64,000 nucleotides of DNA from Thermoanaerobaculia bacterium (GCA_034665065.1 JAXDGL010000017.1:6559-70558), one strand, 5' to 3'; positions 9,479 to 19,286 are shown, counted from the stretch's first letter. Notes: generated by a model not told the origin, from the letters alone. Program-made: numbers and translations.

Positions 9479-10501
9479 GTGACCTTTCTCATCTACGGAG
9501 CGAATGGTTACACCGGCGAGCTGATTGCGCGCGAAGCGGTGCGCCGCGGACTACGGCCGATCCTTGCGGGACGCAGCGCGGAGAAGATCGAGCCGCTCGC
9601 GCGCGCGCTCGGGATCGAGGCGCGCGCGTTTCCGCTCGACGCGCCGAAACTCGACGGCGTCGATGCCGTCCTCCACTGCGCCGGGCCGTTCGTCCACACG
9701 AGCGCGCCGATGGTGCAGGCCTGCCTCGACGCCGGCGCGCACTATCTCGACATCACCGGCGAGATCGCTGTCTTCGAAGCGATCATGGCCCGCAATGATG
9801 ACGCCGTGCGTTGCGGTGTCACCCTCATCCCCGGCGTCGGCTTCGACGTCGTCCCCACCGATTGCCTGGCGGCGATGCTCGCGGCGCGTCTGCCCGAGGC
9901 ATCGGAGTTGGAGCTGGCGTTCTATTCGCCCAAGGCACAAGTGAGCCGAGGAACGTTGAAGACGATGATCGAGTCGGCCGGCGAACAGGGAGCAATTCGG
10001 CGCGACGGCAAAATCGTGCGCGTTCCGCCGGTCTACGACGCGCGCGAGATCCCGTTCTCCTGCGGCCCGCGCATGGCGATGACGATTCCGTGGGGCGACG
10101 TGTCGACCGCGTTTTACACGACCGGCATCCCCAACATCCGCGTCTACACCGCCGCGTCGCCGAAATCGATCAGGCTTCTGCGTCGCGTGCGATCGCTGCT
10201 TCCGCTGCTCGCATTCACGCCGATCAAGCGATCGCTGCAGTGGTTCGCAAGCCGCCGTACCGGTCCAGGCGCGGAAGAGCGTGCGGCCGGAAGAACCTAC
10301 CTTTGGGGCCGCGTCGCAAACAGTACGAACGAAGTCACGATGACGATGACGACGCCCGAGGGCTACGCGTTCACCGTGCTGAGCGCGCTGGCGGCCGTTG
10401 AGCGATTGCTGGCATCGCCGAAGCGTCCCGGTAGCTTCACGCCAGCAAAGTTTTTCGGCGCGGAATTCGTGACGACGATCGAAGGTGTTGAACTGACATG
10501 A
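9479..10501 (+). CDS. Saccharopine dehydrogenase-like NAD(P)-dependent oxidoreductase
   Basis: IYGANGYTG Rossmann motif, HCAGPF, YLDITGE, GVGFDVVPTD. Confidence 0.9.
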   Translation: MTFLIYGANGYTGELIAREAVRRGLRPILAGRSAEKIEPLARALGIEARAFPLDAPKLDGVDAVLHCAGPFVHTSAPMVQACLDAGAHYLDITGEIAVFEAIMARNDDAVRCGVTLIPGVGFDVVPTDCLAAMLAARLPEASELELAFYSPKAQVSRGTLKTMIESAGEQGAIRRDGKIVRVPPVYDAREIPFSCGPRMAMTIPWGDVSTAFYTTGIPNIRVYTAASPKSIRLLRRVRSLLPLLAFTPIKRSLQWFASRRTGPGAEERAAGRTYLWGRVANSTNEVTMTMTTPEGYAFTVLSALAAVERLLASPKRPGSFTPAKFFGAEFVTTIEGVELT

Positions 10502-10596
10502 GACGCCGGCTCCTTCCCTTCTACGCTACGTTCATCGTCCTGATCGCAATCACCTTCGCGTGGCAGATGATTCACGGAATCTGCCCAGTGCCTTGA
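10498..10596 (+). CDS. Unannotated 32-aa single-TM small protein (MRRRLLPFYATFIVLIAITFAWQMIHGICPVP)
   Basis: ATG overlaps the upstream TGA (ATGA coupling). Basic N-terminus, one hydrophobic helix, C-terminal GICPVP. Confidence 0.6.
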   Translation: MRRRLLPFYATFIVLIAITFAWQMIHGICPVP

Positions 10597-10597
10597 T

Positions 10598-10667
10598 GCA
10601 TCTGCGTACATCTGCGAAATCTGCGGATCAGTTTTTATCCACAGATGACACAGATGTACGCAGATAG
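10598..10667. repeat. Nonamer-periodic inverted repeat (ATCTGCG.. / ..CAGAT) between convergent genes
   Basis: ATCTGCGTACATCTGCGAAATCTGCGGAT, a short loop, then ATCCACAGATGACACAGATGTACGCAGAT. Confidence 0.75.
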
Positions 10668-10670
10668 AAG

Positions 10671-12299
10671 CTAGACCGTCGCCATGAACTTCGGCCGCTG
10701 ACGCGCCTTCGAAGCCTGCTCGAATGCGTACGCGTACTTGATCAGCGACGGTTCGCTCCACGCTCCTCCGAAGAACGACAGACCGACCGGTAGGCCGAAC
10801 GCCATCCCTGCAGGCACTGTGATGTGCGGATAGCCGGCGACCGCGGATGCGGATGAATAGCCGCCGGTGAAGTGATCGCCATTGACGAGATCCGTCGTCC
10901 ACACCGGCCCGCCGGTCGGGGCGATGATCGCGTCGATCTTGTGCTTCGCCAGCGTCGCGTCGATCCCTTCCGTTCGCGCCAGACGGTGATTCTTCGCCAG
11001 CGCATCGCGGTACTTCTTCTCCGTCAGCGGGCCGCGCTTCTCCGACTGCTCGAAGATCTCCTGCCCGAAGTACGGCATCTCTTCCGCGCGATGCTCTTCG
11101 TTGAACTTGATGAGATCCGCGAGCGTGCGCGACTTCACCGCTGTCGGCGCGTTCGCCAGGTACTTGTTGATGCCGTGCTTGAACTCGTACTGCAGGACGT
11201 CGTTCTCGGTGGCGTCGAACTTCCCGTTCGTGGCGATGTTGGCGGGATCGACGATCGTCGCGCCGAGACTCTTGATCAGCGCGATCGCATCTTTCATCAC
11301 TCGATCGGTGGCGTCGTTGAATCCGAAGTACTGCCTGGCCACGCCAATGCGCGCGCCCTTCAAACCGTTGGCATCGAGAAACGGCGCGTAGTCGGAGTGA
11401 CCCTTCTTCTTGCTCGCCACGGTAATCGGATCGCGCTCGTCGGCGCCGGTGAGAATGCCCAGCAGAATCGCGGCGTCGCGGACGGTACGCGTCATCGGGC
11501 CTGAAGTGTCCTGACTGTGCGCGATCGGAATGATGCCGGCGCGGCTGATGAGACCAAGCGTTGGCTTGATGCCGACGAGGCCTGATGCCGATGACGGGCA
11601 GACGACCGAGCCGTCGGTCTCTGTTCCGACTCCGATCGCGGCGAGGTTCGCAGCGACCGCTGATCCCGTCCCTGAGCTCGATCCGCACGCATTGCGATTG
11701 AGGACGTACGGATTGAGCGTCAATCCGCCGCGGCCGCTCCAGCCGCTCGTGGAGTGCGTCGAGCGGAAGTTCGCCCACTCGCTCAGATTCGTTTTGCCGA
11801 GGATGACGGCGCCGGCTTCGCGAAGGCGGGAGACGATGAAGGCGTCGCGCGCGGCGATGTTGTCGGCGAGCGCGAGCGATCCGGCCGACGTCTTCATCCT
11901 GTCGGCGGTGTCGATGTTGTCTTTGATCACGATCGGAATGCCATGCAACGGACCGCGCACATGGCCGTCCTTGCGCTCGCGATCCATCGCATCGGCGATC
12001 GATAGTGCATCGGGATTGATCTCGATGATGCTGTTGATCGCCGGCCCATGCTTGTCGATCGACGCGATCCGTTCGAGATAGCCCTCCGCGATCGAGCGCG
12101 CGGTCCAGCGGCCGCTGCTCATCCCATCCTGCAGTTCGCTGATCGCGATTTCTTCGAGCTCAGGCTTCACGTTCGGCGTTGCTCCGCTCGCTTGCGCAAC
12201 CGCAAGCAGCGGCTTTGCGAGTGCGATTGCCGAGCCCAGCGCTGCGAACTCGAGAAAGTGTCTACGGTTGACTCCGCCAGCATCGTTTTCGTGACTCAT
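10671..12299 (-). CDS. Amidase-signature family amidase with Tat signal
   Basis: NRRHFL twin-arginine motif, KDNIDT, GSSSGTG, GTETDGSVVCP. The real start is at 12299; the longer ORF call is antisense to the next gene. Confidence 0.92.
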   Translation of the reverse strand: MSHENDAGGVNRRHFLEFAALGSAIALAKPLLAVAQASGATPNVKPELEEIAISELQDGMSSGRWTARSIAEGYLERIASIDKHGPAINSIIEINPDALSIADAMDRERKDGHVRGPLHGIPIVIKDNIDTADRMKTSAGSLALADNIAARDAFIVSRLREAGAVILGKTNLSEWANFRSTHSTSGWSGRGGLTLNPYVLNRNACGSSSGTGSAVAANLAAIGVGTETDGSVVCPSSASGLVGIKPTLGLISRAGIIPIAHSQDTSGPMTRTVRDAAILLGILTGADERDPITVASKKKGHSDYAPFLDANGLKGARIGVARQYFGFNDATDRVMKDAIALIKSLGATIVDPANIATNGKFDATENDVLQYEFKHGINKYLANAPTAVKSRTLADLIKFNEEHRAEEMPYFGQEIFEQSEKRGPLTEKKYRDALAKNHRLARTEGIDATLAKHKIDAIIAPTGGPVWTTDLVNGDHFTGGYSSASAVAGYPHITVPAGMAFGLPVGLSFFGGAWSEPSLIKYAYAFEQASKARQRPKFMATV

Positions 12300-12353
12300 G
12301 TAATCAATGATAAGGCCTCGCCTTTGCAGTGATGGGCTTCGGATGGTGAACCG

Positions 12354-13730
12354 ATGAAGAAACTCACGCCACTGCTGATGCTGACCCTCTTCGCGCTTCT
12401 TCCGGCGCGGTTGTATGCATTCGACAACACCTACTATCGCTCGCTCGCCGCAATGCCGCTGGCGGTCGATGCCTGCGCGCGCAGCGGACAAGTCTCGGAT
12501 ATGCAGTTGGGACACTTCGTCACGCAGTTGAATGCCGCTGACGTTCCGCCCGACCTGTTCATCGAGACCGTGCGCTACGCGCCGTACGCGCTGCGGCAGC
12601 CAGACTTTTCTCCGTTCGTCGACAGCGAGATCTCGCAAGGCGTCACCGGCGCGGCTCTGATCACGGTGATTCATCAGCGGCTGCCTCGTTACGGTGTGAC
12701 CGTGCGCCGCATCGAGACGACGCCGGCGTGGGTGCTGCGCGACGACTACATCCCGCGCTTCGACGCGTACACCACATCCCGAACTACCGTGAGCTACGCC
12801 TCGCGGTATGACGACGCCAGCTACTACCGGACGCGACCACGTTACGACGAGCGCACGATGCGCTATCTGATCGAGATGCCGCTCGCCGTCGCCACCGTTA
12901 GCGATCTCCGCGGTGTCCGTGCGAACGATCTGGGACACTTCTGCGGCACGCTCAATCGTGGCTATCTGCCGCCCGAGCAGTTCATCGATACGGTGCGCTA
13001 TGCACCGGTGGTTTTCGTCGAACAGCCCGGCTTCATACCGTTCCTCGACGTGCAGATCGGCAATGGTGTGATCGGCATGCAACTCTTCAATGCTATTCAT
13101 CCCCGATTGCCGTTGTATGCCGCGCCGTCGTATGCGTACTCGCCGGACTACGTTCTGACCGACCAGTACATCCCACGAACGGTTCGCGCGCGTTTCGAAC
13201 AAGCCGTGAACAGCGGCGGTTACACGCAGCAGGCGTACATCGCACAACCAGGATATGCGCAGCAGCAAGCCTATGCGCAGCAGCCTGTCTATGCACCGCA
13301 GCAGGCGTACACGGCACCCGTCATCCAGCCGTCGTATGCGCAGCAGCGCGGCGGTCGTCAGCGTGTCGTCCCGCAGCCGGCGTACGCGCAGAATCCGTAC
13401 GTAGCGCCCGCGCAGACCGCGCATATCCCGCCGGGACAGGCGGTGAGCGCAGAACGCCACGCACGGAATGAAGTCAGAAAAGCGCAGAAAGAGGCCGAAA
13501 AGCAGGCTCGGCAGAACAACGGCCGCGGAAATGGGCGCGGACGCGTGGTTCAACCGCAACCAGTCTTCGTCGCGCCGCCGCCAATGGCGTCCGCGGCTCC
13601 CGCTCCCGCACCGGTATTCGTTCCGCAGCCGCAGCAGAACGAAGGCCACGGACATGGTCGTGGTCCCGGAGGGGAAGGCCCTCCTGGACAGAAGAAAGAG
13701 AAAGGCGGTAAAGGCCATGGAAAGGATTAA
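12354..13730 (+). CDS. Secreted hypothetical protein with tandem ~110-aa duplicated domain and Q/P/G-rich tail
   Basis: Signal peptide. Two copies of MPLAV...LGHF...LN...PP..FI.TVRYAP...P.F.PF.D..I..GV.G..L...IH.RLP.Y...VL.D.YIPR. PPGQ motifs in the tail. Confidence 0.8.
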   Translation: MKKLTPLLMLTLFALLPARLYAFDNTYYRSLAAMPLAVDACARSGQVSDMQLGHFVTQLNAADVPPDLFIETVRYAPYALRQPDFSPFVDSEISQGVTGAALITVIHQRLPRYGVTVRRIETTPAWVLRDDYIPRFDAYTTSRTTVSYASRYDDASYYRTRPRYDERTMRYLIEMPLAVATVSDLRGVRANDLGHFCGTLNRGYLPPEQFIDTVRYAPVVFVEQPGFIPFLDVQIGNGVIGMQLFNAIHPRLPLYAAPSYAYSPDYVLTDQYIPRTVRARFEQAVNSGGYTQQAYIAQPGYAQQQAYAQQPVYAPQQAYTAPVIQPSYAQQRGGRQRVVPQPAYAQNPYVAPAQTAHIPPGQAVSAERHARNEVRKAQKEAEKQARQNNGRGNGRGRVVQPQPVFVAPPPMASAAPAPAPVFVPQPQQNEGHGHGRGPGGEGPPGQKKEKGGKGHGKD

Positions 13731-13734
13731 GACG

Positions 13735-14049
13735 ATGAAAACGACACTTCTCACAATCGCAGTTTGTGCGGCGCTCTCCGCAGGCGGCTGCAACAGAACG
13801 AACCAGACTGCGACGACCACTTCGAGCACGGCAGGCAGCACAGTCGTGGCGACGGCCAACGGTACGTCGATGACGCCCGAGCAGTTAGGTCAGCTCGGTG
13901 CACTGATCAACAAGCAGCCCGCCAACGCCGACAAGCTCCTCGCCGATCAGGGACTGACGCAGGCGACGTTCGAAAGCGCGATCCGCAAGGTCAGCTCGGA
14001 TCCGGCAGCGTCGAAGCGCTACGCGGCGGCGTACAAGAGCGCGAGCTGA
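13735..14049 (+). CDS. Small hypothetical lipoprotein
   Basis: MKTTLLTIAVCAALSAGGC lipoprotein-type signal, AGGA SD, Thr-rich linker. Confidence 0.75.
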   Translation: MKTTLLTIAVCAALSAGGCNRTNQTATTTSSTAGSTVVATANGTSMTPEQLGQLGALINKQPANADKLLADQGLTQATFESAIRKVSSDPAASKRYAAAYKSAS

Positions 14050-14146
14050 TCGTCAGTTGATTCAGATGATGGCGTAGAGCGTTGTCATCGGGCTCGTTCC
14101 TAGCGCGTGTGGGTCGCGAAAAGGCTCTCAACCTTTCAATCGAGCG

Positions 14147-14203
14147 CCCTTCTCCCCCACGCTTTTTCAGTGGGGGAGAAGGTGCCGAAAGCGGATGAGG
14201 GGG
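14147..14203. repeat. CCCTTCTCCC...GGGAGAAGG-type REP-like hairpin
   Basis: CCTTCTCCCCCAC-loop-GTGGGGGAGAAGG followed by TGCCGAAAGCGGATGAGGGGG. Confidence 0.65.
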
Positions 14204-14248
14204 CGTTTCAACTGTGCTGCTGCCAGTCTTCGCACGAGTCATCGAAAG

Positions 14249-14318
14249 GCAGGAGATTCGTCATCCTGCTCCCGCGCTCCTCACATAGCCCCGGCGGTTT
14301 CGCCGATTCGAAACGACA
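14249..14318. repeat. Degenerate half copy of family B palindromic element
   Basis: Ends in GCGGTTTCGCCGATTCGAAACGACA, like the right end of 9153-9314. Confidence 0.6.
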
Positions 14319-14332
14319 GCCGTGCGCGCTTG

Positions 14333-15067
14333 TTAGTGATGCTCGCCTCCACCATGTGGGGGTGCCGCTGGTTTAACCGTTAGCGACGGCTGCTTCAATT
14401 GCGGATCGACCGCAATGGGCGCCGGGACATCGTGCACTTCAACGCCGAGTGTCTTCAGCGCGCGTTGCGCCTCGGTGCCGGCCATCGGGAAAAAGCAGCG
14501 ATCGTTCCAGACCGATCTGTAGAGCGCGATCGCGGCCTCTTTCTCGCCGGCGGTCGCTCGTTTTCGCCCTTCGCTCATCGCGTGATACATGGCCTCATCG
14601 CGCGCGGCGAGCTCGTCGTGAACCATCCGCTCAACCGCGGTGCGGGGAAGCGCGCCGCGGACCTGCTCGACGCGTCGAGTGACCGTGCCCTGATTGTTCA
14701 CCAGAAGTGCGGCGGGGAGATTTCCCGTCGCGCCGAGAAGCTTGATCGTCGCGGCGTTCTCGGGATCGACAATCGCGAATGCCACACAGCGAAGGCTGTC
14801 CTGAATCAACGGACGCGAGCTGAGAAGCTCGGAACGCTCCATCTCTTTCTGCGTGGCCGGAAGCCAGTAAAGCGTCAGCGGCGCTTTCTCGATCGCGGCA
14901 CCTTTATCAGCGAACTTCCACGGCACCATCTCATCATCCGGTTTGCCGGTTCCCGGGCCTTGGCGCACGGGCCGTTCCGACTGCGCGTAAAGAGCGGCGG
15001 TTGCGAAAAGAATCAACGCGAAAACAAAGAAGAAACGGAGAACGGCAGAGCGGGAAACGGTGGTCAT
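14333..15067 (-). CDS. Secreted hypothetical protein (possible thioredoxin-like fold plus helical region)
   Basis: Signal peptide ending ALYA. The fold is a guess from the pattern LTLYWLP...LPAALLVN. Confidence 0.65.
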   Translation of the reverse strand: MTTVSRSAVLRFFFVFALILFATAALYAQSERPVRQGPGTGKPDDEMVPWKFADKGAAIEKAPLTLYWLPATQKEMERSELLSSRPLIQDSLRCVAFAIVDPENAATIKLLGATGNLPAALLVNNQGTVTRRVEQVRGALPRTAVERMVHDELAARDEAMYHAMSEGRKRATAGEKEAAIALYRSVWNDRCFFPMAGTEAQRALKTLGVEVHDVPAPIAVDPQLKQPSLTVKPAAPPHGGGEHH

Positions 15068-15224
15068 GAGTGTAGGACGCCCTCCGGGGCAGAATGTTTC
15101 GACGCGGCGCGATCGTGCTGGATAGACAGCATTCGCTTGCGAATCCTTCCTCCATTTCAATCACAGACATCAAACAGTTCGTACGATTGCGGACGATTTG
15201 GGAGTTTGGTCCGTAAGTAGCGGT

Positions 15225-16481
15225 ATGCGAACCAGCATCGCTTTCGCGATTCTCTTCCGCGCTGCGCTTGCCTTCGGTCAACCGGCGATTGATCCCGAGG
15301 TTGCGACCGATCCGTTGCCTTCCCGCGGATTCTCGCTCCCGACAAATGCTCCGGCAGTGGCAATGGCCCGCGACAACAAGGGAGTGGCGGTTGCCTGGAT
15401 GATGGCGGGCGCCGGCGGCGGCAATCGAATCCATGTCGTGCGGCTCGACGGCACCGCGCATTTCACCGGCGCTGTCCGCGAGATTCCGCTGTTTGCGACC
15501 TATGAGGCCGACGCGAGTTTTCCGTCGATCGCCGCCGCACCCGACGGAAACGGCTTCACGCTGGCCTGGTTGGAAGCTCCCTTCTACTCAATCACCGTCC
15601 CGGCGCCTTCAACGTGGAACGCGGTGTTCTGTCAACTCGACTCGGATCTGAATCCGTCGCCTCCCCGGTTTCTGGCCGAAGCCATTCGTTCGCCGGTCAT
15701 CGTCCGATCCGAAAAATCCACATGGATGACTGCGCGCGGTCTGTTGTGGGAAATGCGGCCGGACGGCTCGCGCAGCGATTTCATCATCCCCGGACCGACC
15801 GCCAGCGATATGGCGATCGCGAAGGGCGCACCGCAGATCGCCGGTAGTCAGAATGTCGTTGGAAGTTTTACGTGCTCGTCCGATCCGGGCTGCACAGTTC
15901 AGGGCGGACCATTCAGAGGTTTTTGCTACCAACAATGCAGAAAGTATCAGTACAACTACACGCTTCAATTCGTCGCGCTCTACACGGCATCCGCGAGTCC
16001 GGTTTTTCCCTTCCTCAATGACGCCAGCCCCGCTGTGGCCAGCAACGGCCGTGACGTTCTCGTCGGATGGTTTTCCGGCGAGCAATCCAAAGGCGGTCAG
16101 GTCGCCGTGGCTCGTATGACACCTGATTCTGCGACGAACGTGGCGCACGCATTCGACCAGCCGCACGTTGTAGGAAATTTCGGCCCCGATGCCGGGCTGA
16201 CTCGGCCCGACATCGCGACCGACGGTCAGCGCTATCTCATTGTCTGGCGCTCCACCATGACGATTGGCGGGAATCACGACATCCTCGGCGCATCCATCGC
16301 GCCCGACGGAACGGTCACGCCACTCTCGATCGCCACATCATCCGACGATGAGCGCGATCCATCTGTCATCGCCCTCGGCACCGGATCGTTCCTCGTCGCG
16401 TATGAGAAGTTGAGCCTTGGGGAGCGCCGTCTCGCAGGCCGCACCATCACATTCGACGATCGCCGCCACGCCGTTCGATAA
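15225..16481 (+). CDS. Secreted beta-rich hypothetical protein with C-terminal RRHAVR motif
   Basis: Signal peptide ALA-FG, repeated P.IA.DG..YL+VW-type blades, terminal DDRRHAVR. Confidence 0.75.
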   Translation: MRTSIAFAILFRAALAFGQPAIDPEVATDPLPSRGFSLPTNAPAVAMARDNKGVAVAWMMAGAGGGNRIHVVRLDGTAHFTGAVREIPLFATYEADASFPSIAAAPDGNGFTLAWLEAPFYSITVPAPSTWNAVFCQLDSDLNPSPPRFLAEAIRSPVIVRSEKSTWMTARGLLWEMRPDGSRSDFIIPGPTASDMAIAKGAPQIAGSQNVVGSFTCSSDPGCTVQGGPFRGFCYQQCRKYQYNYTLQFVALYTASASPVFPFLNDASPAVASNGRDVLVGWFSGEQSKGGQVAVARMTPDSATNVAHAFDQPHVVGNFGPDAGLTRPDIATDGQRYLIVWRSTMTIGGNHDILGASIAPDGTVTPLSIATSSDDERDPSVIALGTGSFLVAYEKLSLGERRLAGRTITFDDRRHAVR

Positions 16482-16507
16482 GTGTTTCCGGGTGATAATC
16501 ACCGGCG

Positions 16508-16885
16508 ATGACAACCACGACGAAATCAACGCTGAGCGGATGGGTGCTTTCGATTCTCCCCTCACTCGTTTTCCTTCTCAGCGCGATGCTCAAACTCAAG
16601 GGCGGCCCGGAAGTCGAGCAAGGGTTTGCGCACCTCGGGTTGTCTGCATCGATGCTGATGCCGCTGGCAATCCTCGAGATCACGTGCGTCGCGGTGTATC
16701 TGATTCCGCGCACGTCGATTCTCGGCGCCATTCTCCTGACCGGATTCGCCGGAGGAGCAATCTGCACGCATTGGCGCGTCGGCGATCCCTTCTGGGTGCA
16801 GATCGTTCTCGGGATCCTCGTCTGGCTCGGGATCTACCTTCGCGAGCCGAGGCTACGGCAATTGATTCCGCTGCGCACGCATTGA
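16508..16885 (+). CDS. DoxX-family membrane protein
   Basis: SAMLKL...LAILEI...IPRTSILGAILLTGFAGGAICTHWRVGDP. Confidence 0.88.
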   Translation: MTTTTKSTLSGWVLSILPSLVFLLSAMLKLKGGPEVEQGFAHLGLSASMLMPLAILEITCVAVYLIPRTSILGAILLTGFAGGAICTHWRVGDPFWVQIVLGILVWLGIYLREPRLRQLIPLRTH

Positions 16886-16930
16886 GCCCTCGCCACAGCG
16901 AGTCCCGGTCCGCGTAAACGACCCTCCGCT

Positions 16931-16984
16931 CGCGTTCACGGAACTCTTCACAGTCACGGAACTCTTCGCGTTCACGAAACTCAC
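16931..16984. repeat. Three tandem 18-bp repeats between convergent genes
   Basis: CGCGTTCACGGAACTCTT / CACAGTCACGGAACTCTT / CGCGTTCACGAAACTCAC. Confidence 0.75.
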
Positions 16985-17247
16985 GCCTCGGGACGGCGGC
17001 GAAGAACGTAGAGAACGATCGCCAGCGGCACGCAGATCACAGTGGCCCCGACGGCGTGGTGGAGCGTGCTGGCGAGGTGCTGCGCGTTGGCGAGCGTACC
17101 GATCTCCACATGCTTGCTCACCACGAACGTGAGGCCCGTCGTTCGCTCCCAGAAGTAGGCGATCCACGCCAACACCGGCAGCATGATCAGTAACGCCAGA
17201 AGACGCCCGGTTAGCTCCGCGCGCTTCGATTCCGTCCAACCTGCCAT
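16981..17247 (-). CDS. Small 2-TM hypothetical protein
   Basis: 88 aa with two hydrophobic helices and high-GC3 codon use. Confidence 0.6.
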   Translation of the reverse strand: MAGWTESKRAELTGRLLALLIMLPVLAWIAYFWERTTGLTFVVSKHVEIGTLANAQHLASTLHHAVGATVICVPLAIVLYVLRRRPEA

Positions 17248-17274
17248 TATCGTGTCCCGGCACTATTCTCACCT

Positions 17275-17571
17275 ATGCGACGATGGAATGGTTTCCGGCG
17301 CCGGCGGTTGTCCAATCTGCCGATGACTTCCAACACTTCGCTACGCGCCGCGGTCCTCAGCGCTGCATTGACGATCGAACCGCCTCGCATCGACGCGTTG
17401 GAACTTCGTTTGCCGCCCATACGCGAGGTCATGCCGCGCGCATCCACACCACTCGATCTCGACGCACCGATCTTCCGCTACCACATCGATCTCGACGGGA
17501 ACGTCAGCACTGTGCGCGATGCGATCGGCGCGCGAAGCTGCAATCGTTCTCACCGCGGCCTGAGGATCTGA
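17275..17571 (+). CDS. Short hypothetical ORF or gene remnant
   Basis: Coding-like codon use from the ATG at 17323 (LDLDAPIFRYHIDLDGNV). No family recognised. Confidence 0.3.
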   Translation: MRRWNGFRRRRLSNLPMTSNTSLRAAVLSAALTIEPPRIDALELRLPPIREVMPRASTPLDLDAPIFRYHIDLDGNVSTVRDAIGARSCNRSHRGLRI

Positions 17572-17650
17572 ATCGAGCGAACGACGGCGTGGGTCTGGTC
17601 AGATTGCAGCGCGAAATGCCACCCCTGCGTCCTACGTTGTCTCAGCGCTC

Positions 17651-19282
17651 ATGATCAGCCTCTCCAAAATCTCCAAACAGTACGGGCGGCAGCTCGTCTT
17701 CGTCGACGCCTCCTTCCAGCTCAATCCCGGCGAGCGCGCTGGCCTCGTCGGGCCGAACGGCTCCGGAAAAACCACACTCTTTCGCATGATCGTCGGCGAA
17801 GAATCGGCCGACGACGGCGACGTTTCCGTCCCGAAGAAAATCACCATCGGCTACTTCCGCCAGGACATCGAAGAGATGTCCGGCCGCTCCGTGCTCGACG
17901 AAGCGATCGCCGGCAGCGGACGGCTCGGCGATCTTCATCACGAGCTCGAAGCGCTACAGAACGCGATGTCCGATCCCGATCGTCTCGATGAAATGGATGC
18001 GATCCTCGACCGCTTCGGTCACGTCCAGGAGGACTACTCCCACCTCGGCGGCTACGAGCTCGAAGCGCGCGCTCGCGAAGTCCTGCACGGACTCGGCTTC
18101 GAAGACGACCGCATCGACGGCGATGTTGGCGCGCTCAGCGGCGGCTGGAAGATGCGCGTGGCCATGGCCAAAGTCCTCCTCGGCCGGCCCGATGTCCTGC
18201 TGATGGACGAGCCGACCAACCATCTCGACATCGAGTCGATCATCTGGCTCGAAGACTTTCTCAAACGCTATGAAGGCTCACTGCTGATGACGTCGCACGA
18301 CCGCGAGTTTATGAACCGCGTCGTCACGAAGATCGTCGAGATCGACGAGGGCGACCTCGTCACGTACTCCGGCAACTACGAGTTCTACGAGCGCGAGCGC
18401 TCCATCCGCGAGACCAATCGCGAGGCCGCGTACGCGCGTCAGCAGTCGATGCTGGCGAAGGAGCAGCGCTTCATCGACCGCTTCGCCGCGCACGCCGCAA
18501 AGGCCGCGCAGGTGCAAAGCCGCGTGAAAGCGCTCGACAAGATCGAAAAGCTCGAGCCGCCGAAAAAGCGGAAGACGATGAAGTTCGACTTCCGCAAACC
18601 GGCCCGCTCCGGCGACGACGTCGTCACGCTGAAGGATGTGTCGAAAGGGTACGGCAAGCGATCAATCTACGAAGACTTCGACTTCCTCATCCGGCGAGGC
18701 GAGCGTTGGTGCGTCATGGGAAAGAACGGTGCGGGAAAGTCGACGCTGCTGAAGATGGTCTCCGGATCGATCGAGCCCGACTCCGGCGACGTCAAGCTCG
18801 GCGCGTCGCTGAAGATGGGCTACTTCTCGCAGCAGGCTTTCGACGTCCTCGATCCGAACCTCACCGTATGGGAGCAGATCCAGAAGGACTTTCCGCTCGA
18901 ATCGATCGGCACGTTGCGCAGTCTTCTCGGCGCGTTCCAGTTTTCCGGCGACGAGGTAGAGAAGAAGATCCGATCGCTTTCCGGCGGCGAACGCTCACGT
19001 CTCGTCCTGGCGCGCATGCTTCTCGATCCGCCGAACTTCCTCGTGCTCGACGAGCCGACGAACCATCTCGATCTGGCGACGAAAGAGATGCTCGTCGAAG
19101 CGCTTCACGACTTCGAAGGAACGATGCTCTTCGTCTCGCACGACCGCATGTTCCTGCGCGGCCTCTCCAACCGCGTGCTCGAGCTGCCCGAAGAGCGCGG
19201 CGCGCCGCCGCGTGTGTTCGGAGGCTCGTACATCGAGTACGTCAGCGACAGCGGCCACGAAGCGCCGGGCGTGCACACGTAA
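17651..19282 (+). CDS. ABC-F family ribosome-associated ATPase
   Basis: Two ABC cassettes (GPNGSGKT, LSGGWKMR, DEPTNHLD; GKNGAGKS, LSGGERSR, DEPTNHLD) and no TM segments. Confidence 0.95.
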   Translation: MISLSKISKQYGRQLVFVDASFQLNPGERAGLVGPNGSGKTTLFRMIVGEESADDGDVSVPKKITIGYFRQDIEEMSGRSVLDEAIAGSGRLGDLHHELEALQNAMSDPDRLDEMDAILDRFGHVQEDYSHLGGYELEARAREVLHGLGFEDDRIDGDVGALSGGWKMRVAMAKVLLGRPDVLLMDEPTNHLDIESIIWLEDFLKRYEGSLLMTSHDREFMNRVVTKIVEIDEGDLVTYSGNYEFYERERSIRETNREAAYARQQSMLAKEQRFIDRFAAHAAKAAQVQSRVKALDKIEKLEPPKKRKTMKFDFRKPARSGDDVVTLKDVSKGYGKRSIYEDFDFLIRRGERWCVMGKNGAGKSTLLKMVSGSIEPDSGDVKLGASLKMGYFSQQAFDVLDPNLTVWEQIQKDFPLESIGTLRSLLGAFQFSGDEVEKKIRSLSGGERSRLVLARMLLDPPNFLVLDEPTNHLDLATKEMLVEALHDFEGTMLFVSHDRMFLRGLSNRVLELPEERGAPPRVFGGSYIEYVSDSGHEAPGVHT

Positions 19283-19286
19283 GAAT

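Noticed and set aside
12300-13859. 1062-aa amidase fusion ORF
   Set aside because: The N-terminal half is the antisense shadow of the 12354-13730 gene. The amidase starts at 12299 with a Tat signal.
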